A DNA stretch of 64,000 bases from Azolla caroliniana (lineage: Eukaryota > Plantae > Polypodiophyta), in NCBI GenBank assembly GCA_043228905.1, contig JBHGNT010000002.1:23622001-23686000 (forward strand). Reading direction: 5' to 3'. Positions within the stretch are counted from its first letter, which is position 1. Each line of letters opens with the position of its first letter. The notes under the pieces were generated by a model that was not told where the DNA came from, did no database searches, and saw nothing but the letters and a program-made list of their open reading frames with translations. A program made the position numbers and the translations under genes. Positions 11,558 through 22,270 of this stretch are shown piece by piece.

Positions 11558-14257
11558 ATGTCTTACATCGACACTGGCGAGGATGAGGTGGATTATGGCG
11601 AAGCAGAAGATCAGAATGCTGTTGTGGCTTTTCCTTTGAATGTGAGATCTTCTGCTTCTTATGCTATTGAAGAAGAAGAAAAGGAAGAAGAAAAAGAGGA
11701 GGAGGAGGAGGAGGAGGAAGAAGAAGAAGAAGAAGAAGCCATGGCTGAAGAAGGATATGAGGATCTATATGATGATGTAGACATTATCTTTGAAAATTCT
11801 GCAGAGATCGGAAAAGACAAAGAAATGTTAGACTTAGAATATGAAGAATTTGATGAAAAAGAGGATGTTTTGCCTTGCAATGAGGTAAAATCTTCGTCTA
11901 GCACTGTTCATTACTCAGATCAGCAGAGAAATACAGAGAAAAATCTCTGTGAGAAACAAGTTTCAGCCGTGACTAAGCTTGATGAGAGATCGAGTAGCCA
12001 AATTGGACATGGAAATGAACAGATTAGGAATTTACCTGCTTCAGAGAAGCAAGTTTCAGCCCTTATTAAGCTTGATGATGCACCGAGTGTTCAAAAGAGC
12101 CATGGAAGTGAACAGATTAAGTTTTCTCTTTCTTCAGACAAGCAAGTTCCATCCATTGTTAAGGTTGAAGATATGTTGAGTGGTGAAAAAAGCCATGTAA
12201 ATGAACAGATTAGTGGTCAACGAAGCCATGGAAATGAGCAGTGTAGGGTTTCTCTTGCTTCTGAGAAGCAACCTCCTGCTGTTGTTAAACTTGAAGATAT
12301 GTCAATTGACTATGGAAATGAACAGGTTAGAGTCTCTGCTGCATCCGAGAAGCAAGTTGCACCTGTTAAGGTCGAAGATATCTCCAGTGTTCAAAAAAGC
12401 CATGGACAGGAGCAAGTGAGGGTTTCTCCATTTGTACAAATGGGGGGTATGCAGACTCAGACAGCTCTAGTGCATGATAGTAAACCTAATGAGATCGTTG
12501 CAGTAGTCTCTGGTATGTCTATCAACAAACGTCTACAAAAAGAAGAAAAAGAGGACGAGGAAGAAGAGGACGAGGATGAGGAAGAAGAGAATCTTGAAAT
12601 GGATTCTGATTATGTTCACGTGAACTCTCATCCAAAAATTAAGATTGAAAATGCTTTGAAAGGTGCTAGTTTGGGAGCCAAAGCTCCTCCACTTCCACTG
12701 CAAGGGAGAGAATTTAAGCGAAATGACAGCGGTTTTGAAGAAGCCACTGCAATCTCAAAGGGGAACGAGGTTTACAACAACAGACCTCCTGTGGTCGAAC
12801 AACATGGGGCTAGGAAGATGCTCGATAATAACAATGATAGGCTCAGAGGGAACGAGAATCTTGACCAAGAAGCTTCCCAAAGTGGTGGAAATAGAGTCTC
12901 CATAGAGTCTACTGTTGTAAATGATTATGCAGTAAAGTCTACTGGACAACAATCCAATGGATGCACAATGCTTTTTGTTGGAGAATTGCATTGGTGGACA
13001 ACTGATGAAGAACTAGAGACTGCTCTTTCAGAGTACGGGGTCGTGAAAAACCTCAAGTTCTTTGAAGAGAGAGCTAGTGGAAAGTTTAAAGGTTATTGTC
13101 AGGTTGAATTTTTCGATCATTCTGCTGCATTTTCATGCAAAGAAGGAATGAATGGGAAAAAATTTCATGGACGCCCTTGCTTGGTCGCCTTTGCAAACCC
13201 TAGAACTATAGTGCAAATGGGAACTGCACAGGTTGATAAAGCTCAAGCACAGTTACGAGCACAACAAGCACAAATACAATCAAGGAGAACAATGAACAAC
13301 AATAACAATAATAATAACAATAATAATGATAGCACTGCAAATACTAATACTATGACTATGACTACAAGAGGTGGAAATACTGCTCCCTACCAATCTAGTG
13401 GGGATAATCCACGTGGATATGGTAGGCAAAATGCTAATGGTGGTGGTGGTAATAACGGGAGAGGAAGCCATGGTCAGAATGTTGCAACTGGAAGAGGATC
13501 GGGAAGGGGTAGAGGCAACAATAATAATAACAACAATACAGGAAATAAAGGGATGAATGGGAATGGAAACATGGGTGGTGTTACAGCATTTGGTCAAAGT
13601 ATAGTAGGTCCAATGGGAGGTGGATTAATGATGCCACAAGCTCTGATTGGACAAGGATATGATCCGAGCTATGGTCCTCCAAGAGGAGGAGGTGGGTATG
13701 GTGGATATGTATTACCGGGCCCTCCATTTACTGGGATGGTTCAACCTTTTCCTACTATGGGTCCAGGAGCTCTTGCAGGTGTTTCTCCACATGTCAACCC
13801 TGCTTTCTTTGGTAGAAATGCCACATCTAATGGTATGGGAATGATGGGTGGAAATGGTATGGATGGTTCTTCATGGGGTGATGGAAATATGAATGGATGG
13901 GGTGGAGATGACCATGATAGAAGGGGTCGGGAAGCTAGCTATGGTGATGATATGGGTGGTTCTGATTATACTTATAGTAACGAATTAGCATATGAACGAA
14001 GTAGGGGAGCGAAAGACTCTGATAGAGCTGATGCTGAATGGCCTGAGAGGCATAGACAGAGGGAGAGAGAAGGATATAGAGAACCGAGAGGAAAGGACCA
14101 TAGGGATGATAAAGATGATGATTGGGAGAAGGAGAAGATGGGCAAATCGAGGAATAAAGGTCGTTCGATGATGGATGATGATGAAAGGCAAAATCAACGT
14201 GGTCGATCTAAAGAAGAAGAGTATGGAAAGAGACGCCGGTTAGCTACTGAACGATAG
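11558..14257 (+). CDS. CPSF6: RRM protein, CPSF6/CFIm68(59)-like cleavage factor Im subunit, single coding exon, ~899 aa
   Basis: First ATG at 11558 (the ORF track starts at an upstream TTG). N-terminal DYG...YEDLYDDV motif, then RRM MLFVGELHWWTTDEELE...KFFEERASGKFKGYCQVEF...MNGKKFHGRPCLVAFA. These are followed by a G/P/M-rich region with GVSPHVNPAFFGR and an R/D/E-rich tail ending YGKRRRL, as in plant CFIm large subunits. Confidence 0.88.
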   Translation: MSYIDTGEDEVDYGEAEDQNAVVAFPLNVRSSASYAIEEEEKEEEKEEEEEEEEEEEEEEAMAEEGYEDLYDDVDIIFENSAEIGKDKEMLDLEYEEFDEKEDVLPCNEVKSSSSTVHYSDQQRNTEKNLCEKQVSAVTKLDERSSSQIGHGNEQIRNLPASEKQVSALIKLDDAPSVQKSHGSEQIKFSLSSDKQVPSIVKVEDMLSGEKSHVNEQISGQRSHGNEQCRVSLASEKQPPAVVKLEDMSIDYGNEQVRVSAASEKQVAPVKVEDISSVQKSHGQEQVRVSPFVQMGGMQTQTALVHDSKPNEIVAVVSGMSINKRLQKEEKEDEEEEDEDEEEENLEMDSDYVHVNSHPKIKIENALKGASLGAKAPPLPLQGREFKRNDSGFEEATAISKGNEVYNNRPPVVEQHGARKMLDNNNDRLRGNENLDQEASQSGGNRVSIESTVVNDYAVKSTGQQSNGCTMLFVGELHWWTTDEELETALSEYGVVKNLKFFEERASGKFKGYCQVEFFDHSAAFSCKEGMNGKKFHGRPCLVAFANPRTIVQMGTAQVDKAQAQLRAQQAQIQSRRTMNNNNNNNNNNNDSTANTNTMTMTTRGGNTAPYQSSGDNPRGYGRQNANGGGGNNGRGSHGQNVATGRGSGRGRGNNNNNNNTGNKGMNGNGNMGGVTAFGQSIVGPMGGGLMMPQALIGQGYDPSYGPPRGGGGYGGYVLPGPPFTGMVQPFPTMGPGALAGVSPHVNPAFFGRNATSNGMGMMGGNGMDGSSWGDGNMNGWGGDDHDRRGREASYGDDMGGSDYTYSNELAYERSRGAKDSDRADAEWPERHRQREREGYREPRGKDHRDDKDDDWEKEKMGKSRNKGRSMMDDDERQNQRGRSKEEEYGKRRRLATER

Positions 14258-17200
14258 AGAGATCCTCATACTAGAAGAGTTCTATGTCTACATCACAAGT
14301 GCATATATTGGAGCTACAAAGTGCTTCATTTACCATCTTTTGCTGAAACGTTTGTGGTGTGTGGTATTAAAGGATTCTCTCATACTTCCAGTTCGGAGGT
14401 GGACAGAAGAATAATTTGCAAAAACTGTCTTTTTTCTTTCTTTCTTTTTTCCTTTTTTTGCAAATTTAATTGCTTGAAAAACTTGTTGGCTCTCCTCCCA
14501 TGCCATGGAATCTACACTCTTTGGTACCAAAAGAGACTCTGATGTTTAAGACCTTTATTAGAATGGGTAGAAAACACTGCCATAATGTCAAGTTTTCATC
14601 ATGGTCAATGTATGTAAAAGTATGGCAAACCTTACTCTTGCTATTATTATTGTGGAAGACATTCTCTAACTTGTACACACTTAACCCAAAGCCCCCCTCC
14701 TGTCTTGTATTGTTTTGTGTAATCTTACTCTGACAGCTATTCATTTCTCTTCTTCGGATACAATAAGACATTCCGAAATGCGTTGGATTCTTCCAACTAT
14801 CTCAGAAAGCAGTATTTTTTTGTTTTTCCCCATCTTATAAAACATACACCCTGATCCATGCCATTTAGTAAATTCTTTTTGTATCAGTGCCTACATGATA
14901 TTTTCCAGCATTCTTGTTCAGAGATGTATAACCCCAGTGATAGATTTTGTAAACAGGTTACATTTTTGTTCTAAGAACCGCATCAACAGATTTTCTGTAA
15001 AACTGAAGAAATTACCATGTTGCGCCTTCTTACAGGTTGCTGCGTCAGAAGCGAGAGTACTAGAAAACATCATTATTGCAGAAACTATACATCAGAATGT
15101 GATAGAAACTCAAGTCTATCTTACCTGATTCCCAACATCAGAAATGCTGGGTATTCATTGTTGTAAATACCCAAAAACCTAGGGGTATGTCTTGTATTTC
15201 TCCCTTCTGTTGTTGACTCTTGATGTTTTTTCCCTTCTTTCTTTGGATGTTTAAATGGAAGGTGACATCTAATTTATTCTAAATCCACATTTGGTCTTTA
15301 ATTCTCCTGTTAAATGAAATGTCAGGAACATTATATAGGTAGATAGGTTAACAAAATATCATGGTAATCTAGTATGAAAAATGCATATTTCAATATCTGG
15401 TTGTATCATCCCTATGTTTTTGAAAGTTTCTATCATGTCATCTCATTTTACTGTAGTAAGATTGCTACTTAAGTCCCGTGTATGTTTTTCACCCATTAAT
15501 TGTGTATACTTATAAGAATTCTTATCCTTATTTCGCCAAATACTCATAAGAGAAGATTGAGGTGAGATGTATCCCTGTTGTGAGTCTCGATTCCTATGGC
15601 TTAGAAGGAGATTCCTACCTAGTCTACGGTGCTAAATGAAAATCCTGTGCAATCTATTTATTAAATCCAAAAGTGAGGTCTGATTATACCACCTTGAGTT
15701 TGTTAACATTGTCTCTTTAAATGACTACTTTTGATGCTGTGGAAAGAATGCATGTGTTGAATCAGTGCGAAACCTGTTGCTGGAGACTTGAGAAACCATA
15801 GCCTTAATATTGCAAAGCTCATTCTTTATCTGTGTGCCATCATATCCCCATTTAAAACCTAGTTAGTGCAAGGGCCAAGACCTTTTGTTCAAAGGAAAAA
15901 AGCTAGCCTTAAATGCAAAATGTTCTTCTTGAGACCTAGAATAAGAATTGTAGCTGCCAAGATCAAGAAAACGTTGGTCATTGTGTGTATTGAGCGGCCA
16001 ACCCCCTCCTCCATGTCATTTGGCATGGGGCGGCTATGTCAAACCAATATAGCAATGGATACCAAAGCATCTAATCACCATTTTTAGCAACTAATAATGG
16101 TTGCCATGCGAATGTCTTTCCCTTTGAAAGTATATTTAAGCACCCATTAGGAAACTAACAAAAGAGAATTTTAATGGTTTTTAGGAAAGAGTCAAAAAGT
16201 AAATGCAAGGCCATGCTTATCGATAGAAGGTGATAGAATGTAAAGACGTTTGCAATGGTTCATAAGAAATATGTAAGCTCAAGGCCATGCCAAAGGTGGT
16301 TGATCGTTGTCACTTATAGAAAACAAGTGAGCCCAGTTCAACAGTGGTTGCTTTACATGAATGGAAGCAGATCAAGCAAAGAAAGGCATTACATGCAACG
16401 GATTGGGCAACACAAACACGAAACTTAAAAGGGAGGCATTTCACACAACAACACATAGGAGTCTCCTAGGAGAAGGCATGTTCCCACGCCACAACGTGGA
16501 TAACATGTATGAGGAAGCGAAAGGAAGACACACATTCATGAGGCAAGGAAAGAGGGCAAGTGTTGACGTGAGAAGGTTTAACAAACCATACGTACATAGA
16601 CAATCAAGGCTACATATGTTTGATAAGTTGATAGGAACCAACATCGGAGAAGTGTTTTGGGAAGGGGTGTTTCTTGAAGAGTGTATGCAAAAGGACACAG
16701 GAGCATCTTTGTAAATACAAAGAAATTTCAGCAAGTAGAGAGAGAAAGAAGAAAGAAAGAAATATTAACGTTTTCTAAGGCCAAAGTTGGCCCATGAGAC
16801 AGTTGGTTTACAACAAAACGGGTATTTATCCAATCATCAGAACTAAAAATAAAAACATAACTTAAGCTAAGAGAGTTCTAGTAGTGTACAAAACGTGGTA
16901 TATTCGATAAAGGAAGTGACTTTGCAGTAAGCCTAATTTCATTTCCACCCAAGCCTCTCGAAAAGAAGTGGGAGGTCAGAGGGTTTTGGTGTAGGTGTGA
17001 CCCATGGTCCCAGTGTAGGGAGTGCCCCAGCCATGGCATCAAGGCGGTGTAGCTCACATTCCCTTATTTTCTTTATTGCTTCTACACCACGTCAAGTTGC
17101 TTTGAAACCCAACATCCGAGGGCGTTTGGTTCTTCTTTGGTTTTCTGCTTCATCAAAGGATAAGGCCGAGTGATGCAGGTGTGTCGACATTCGTTGTCTC

Positions 17201-17463
17201 TCCCTGTTCCTTAAAAACTTCATTTGCTACACGTTGGTGGAACATTATCAACATTTTGTAACTTAATTCTCTCTTTAATTCTCTTTGTGTGTTGTTTTAG
17301 CTCTAGGATGTATTTGCCTAATTTCTTTTATATCTAGAGAGAGAGAGAGAGAGAGAGAGGGGGGTATCGACTGTAATTTTCCGAAACCTAAAGATCCAGA
17401 AAGAACAGAAAGAAGTCTTGATGGAAGGAAGAAGAAGGAGAAGGAGAAGGAGAAAGGAAGGAA

Positions 17464-20222
17464 ATGGCGAGCCTCTGCACCCGACGAAGCCTCTCCCTCT
17501 TCGCCTCCCCCCGCCTCTTCCTCTTCCATCGCCGTAGCCACACCTCCACCCTTTGGGAGCGCCTCTTAGGTCAGAAGTACGAGCCCTCCCTCGCGAAAGC
17601 ACTCAACGATGCCGTCTCTCAGTACAAAGCTTCGCAGAGTGTCCCCTCCTGGCTTCCTTTCTTGCCGAATTCTTCCTTCTGGGTTCCTTCCTCTGAAGAA
17701 GCGGCCCGGAGCCTTGAGGATCTCGCGGATCGCTTGAATGATTCTGATGGCGACTCTGATTCTGGAATTGGTTTGAGCAGTACTGATTGTAATCCTGATT
17801 CTCAATCATTTTCCCGTGGGAATTTGAATTTTCATGATGATGTTGATGAAGAGGAGGACGATGATGAAGGTGATGCCAATGATGAGGTTGTTCCTAGGAG
17901 CACTGCTTTCACTGCATTTCAGATCACCGATAAGCTTCTGGATATCCATCGACAGTCTCCTATTGAGCAAGGTACTGCTCGTCTGTTCACTTTGTATTTT
18001 TTTCTACATGATATTCGTTCTGGTTGTTCAAGTGCTCTATAGGACCATTTAATTACACTGAAACATTTTGAATCTATCCGTTTGCAACAAAGCATTCCGG
18101 AATATCTATAGAATGGAATAAGTGGTAATGGAAAATGAAAACAAGATTAAGATGTGGAAATATAGGTCCGTCTGGGATTGAAATTTATGAGCGTTATACT
18201 TCCTTAAATATATTGAGCAATCTTTAGGGTTGTTTTCTTGTGTTACTATTCAATCAGGCGTAATATTTCGATGGTATCAATAAAGTTTCAAGAGCAGTGT
18301 TAGTATCTCAAAAGAAACAGTTTTTTTTTTGCATAAGTAGATCAAAAGTAATTTTCTATATTATAAAGTTAATTTTCTCTCTTCTATCATTGAAATACTT
18401 TCCAAATTGTATAGAACCAACTCACCAATTTTGTAACAAAAGCTTACAAAACTTATTGTCTCAAGCAAATCCTACAAAGTCTTCGTATGTAAGTGGTAGA
18501 TACAAGAAAATTCCATTTAATGCCACAAAGTTAGGTTTTTGTTGTTGATTATTGCACCATGTATCTTATTCCGATAGAAGTAAGAAATGTATGTATAACT
18601 GTCCACACAAGCAAACTTAAAAAATGAACAAATTGTCTGGAATTGTTCAAACTGACGTGGACAATTTGTAACAAACACACTTGTAGAACCTTGATGTAAA
18701 GCCTACAAACTTTGACACAGTATTTCTTTGAGAGAAATTCCAGATTTAATATATAGTTCCAGATGTCATATGAATAGATGGAATGGAAAGAAAGGTTCAT
18801 TTTTGTTATTGAAATGTGCCCTGGATAAAGAAGAGCAAGCACCCATTTCCCACATGTTTGAAATGTGTTTGACTAAGTTCCCTTCCCAAGAAAACCTTTG
18901 CAGTCTGTGAACCTTTCATGCCCCTTTATAATATGAATACAAATTATAGTTATACACTTGTAGATATAAAGAGATAAGTAGATAAATCAAAGTTCTTTTT
19001 AATCCTTCCACCGAAGTTCATATATATAAGAGTTTATAGCCATACATTAAATTATATCATGTATGGTGTGCAACTTTGCTGTGTATTTGTGGTCTTTTAA
19101 GTCTTACATCAACATTCTAATCGCCACTTCTATTGGGAAACTGTAGAAACCACCTCCATATTTTAGATAACGAAAATTGAGAAACAAACCACCTTGAATG
19201 TGACATCTTCGTTTCATTAGGAAATTTCTTGAAAAGGATAAGATCTATTTTGGATAATCTTTTATTGGTAGAATCATTCTTGAATCTCAATCTTAGGCTT
19301 TGTGATGAATAAGTTTTGGCTCTATATACACCCTCATAAATTCTGGAAACTGTAGAAACCACCTCCATATTTTAGATTGCGATAAATTTGACCTTCCAAC
19401 TATCTAATCCTTTAATCTTCTCTATTTTCTCACTTTTGCAACTATTACTTTGTTGCGCTCTTTTTCCTCGAGGCCCATTCTTAGTTGCAAATTTCACAAT
19501 TTACCTATGATTGAACTACCACATCTGTACAATGATACCATACTGTGATGGTTGTGTATGACCATATGTCATTGTGGTGCATCTTAAAACCATTTTGGAC
19601 AGGTGCTCTTAGTCCTGAGCATAAAAGAACATATCAATTTAATTCTATTTAAAATGTACATAATATTTTTCCTAACATCCGAACTTATCTAATGTATGTA
19701 ATGTTTCAATGGCCTAGGCATACTCTTCGTTTCATCATGTCTTGTTTAGTGCTTGTTTAGGGTTTGTTTATATATGAGATGTCCAGAATCATTTGTTTAT
19801 GAATTTGCAAGTTTTCCAGTCAAGGCATGAATATAAGTAAATAAGTTGGTCACAATTGTACCCTATGAATACCATTATTGGAGATTTGACAATATCAATG
19901 CTGACTAATATGTTGTTTCTTGCAAACAATATTACCTGTAAGATTGTGGAAGAAAATAATTTCAAGAAACATCGAAAATACTAGATAGATATATTCCCAT
20001 ACAACAACTTATAAGGAAAATATATTTGTTAAACAATGAATCAATGGTAGCATAATCCCTTCTTGTGACACAGGGACAACCATTGTACTAGTTGATCTTT
20101 TGGGAGATGATAAAGATGACAATTCAATTGATGGAGACACTGATGAGGATAGCGATGAAGACACTAATGAGATGCTCGTAATTGATGTTGCAAAAGGTGA
20201 TGATTGTTATTGCCATAGCTGA
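17464..20222 (+). CDS. Uncharacterised plant protein with conserved (P.)WLPFLP.SS(F/Y)WVP motif, probable mitochondrial presequence, ~218 aa
   Basis: Exon 1 17464-17971 (CAAG|GTACT) joins in phase to exon 2 20074-20222 (CACAG|GG..., ends CYCHS*). The N-terminus MASLCTRRSLSLFASPRLFLFHRRSH is R/S/L-rich with no acidic residues. The motif PSWLPFLPNSSFWVP matches an uncharacterised plant family from memory. Confidence 0.75.
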
Positions 20223-22270
20223 ATGTTTTTCAATATTTCTTTGGTTGTTTAGATCCTACATGGCATTTCTCTTATGTATGCACAAATTGAGTTATGGAAT
20301 ATGGGTTCATGCACTAAATTTGATAGTAATTGACAGGTTAACTGTTGCATCCTTTTACGGACTAGCAAATGTGTGTCAACATTAATGGAGAACCCATCAC
20401 ATCTTTTCTGCTGTATATATATATTCCTTTGAAGGTGCATCATGAGGATAAGTGTGACATGTATTTACAGAGCATAAGGTGCCACCATGATAAAGATTAC
20501 TGCAATCCCCATTTGTTCTATGATGCTTCTCAGTATTGGAAGAGGTATTATTAGTATCATCAAAGGGTATGTTGGACATATCAGACCTTTATTTATATTA
20601 ATTACTAACCAGTTTTGTGTACATTGTATATCTGGAAGGTTAAATTGAATGGACATGCTTGTTGAGTGATCATTGTGTATTGCATCGGAATCTCTTTCAT
20701 GAGGTGGCAGTGATGATGAGCCGGTGCTATTATTGATGGCTCAATTTCTCAGTTTGATAACTCTTCTGAACTTGAATATATCTGACTGAATTTTTGTGAA
20801 GCGTGGATTATTTATTATTTAAGCTTGAATTTGGTGATGCCCTATCTCTTTATAGCTCAATTTAGGTAAGCTCAACAGGAATGCATCACTTCATCGCTTT
20901 ACTATTAGCGAAACTTCATAATGAGGAATTGTGTTTATCTGCCTTGAGGGTGGATGGTCAAACGGTGGATGGCCAATATATTGGCCATATTTTATTTTAT
21001 TTTGCAAACATCAAGAATGCCTAGGGTTCAGGAATATGCATCGATTGTTCAATTATCATTCATCACGTGTTTGATTGGTGAAAAACAAAGGATGGATATA
21101 GGAAAGCCTTGCCTTATAAACACCCCACCTGATCATGCTTCTTTATTGTTCTCATTTCACTTTTCCTCCAACACATGTCCACATGCGTTTGCCTATTGTC
21201 TTAGAAAGAAAAAGATACATTGTCTTCCAAGGCCAAAAATTGGCCCATTAGAGAAATGAGCACATCTAGAAGGTCATGACAATTGTTGGGATATATCACC
21301 TATGACCATGCAGTTTTAATGTTTGCAACATATTCATGAAAAACAGTAAGAGGAACAATGAACATATAACCCGCAAACGAAATTCACTTTCATGTTCAGG
21401 TGCAAACCTTCAAATTAATATATGCACCACTGGGAGCAGCAGATTTAAAAAAATTATCGAGGGCATGCTTGGGCATACAAACATAATCAATCATATTTGG
21501 TACAGGGCATAGAAGCCCAAATATATTGGGCCATCTTAATACAGACAACCATAAATATGCATCGACCTGTACTTGTACACCAGAACTGACTCTAAATATC
21601 AAAGATGCTAGATAGGATTATATTTTGCGAGGGGGTTTCATAAATTAATAAAAGCCTTTTGTTAAACTTACAACTTACAACAGAGAGACATCTCAATACA
21701 TCTAGCCTCTCACAGAATGTCACATTTGTATCCCTGAAGTTTTACAAATGGATATAAACTAACTGAAGTTAAAGCCTCCCACCACAATGCCCTTATTCAA
21801 ACCCCACACGTGCAATGATATGTGCGATAATTTTATGATTAATTCATCTCCTTTTCCCAACTAAATTTTTACTATTTGAGCAATTATATGGTTTTTATGG
21901 TTGTTGCAGGAAAACTCACAAAATATAAAACTTGGGTATTTCAGTGTTTTTGCCCCAATTCAAAGCATGCATGAAATTTTATATGCCACTGTATCCATCA
22001 GTTAGCACTTAATGCATGATATGACTCCTTACGACTGATCATTTATATGAGGTACTGAAAATGAGGCCTAATCTATATAATATACACAAAAAACGACGTA
22101 ACTTTTCAGATTGTAAACATATTTGTATCTGCTCCTATCAAAGGAAGTTGAAATTGGCACAATACCTGTGACTAAGTGACCATACTCTGCTCCAGTTCTA
22201 TAACTACAATTTCAATTGAGATGACAAACTGAGAAATGAGAGTGAAATATTTCCAGATTATATGAACAGC

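Noticed and set aside
15840-16750. Coding gene or LINE endonuclease in the 117-aa and 97-aa ORFs
   Set aside because: Only a vague HGGGG similarity, with no convincing motifs or splice structure. Probably an old repeat fragment.
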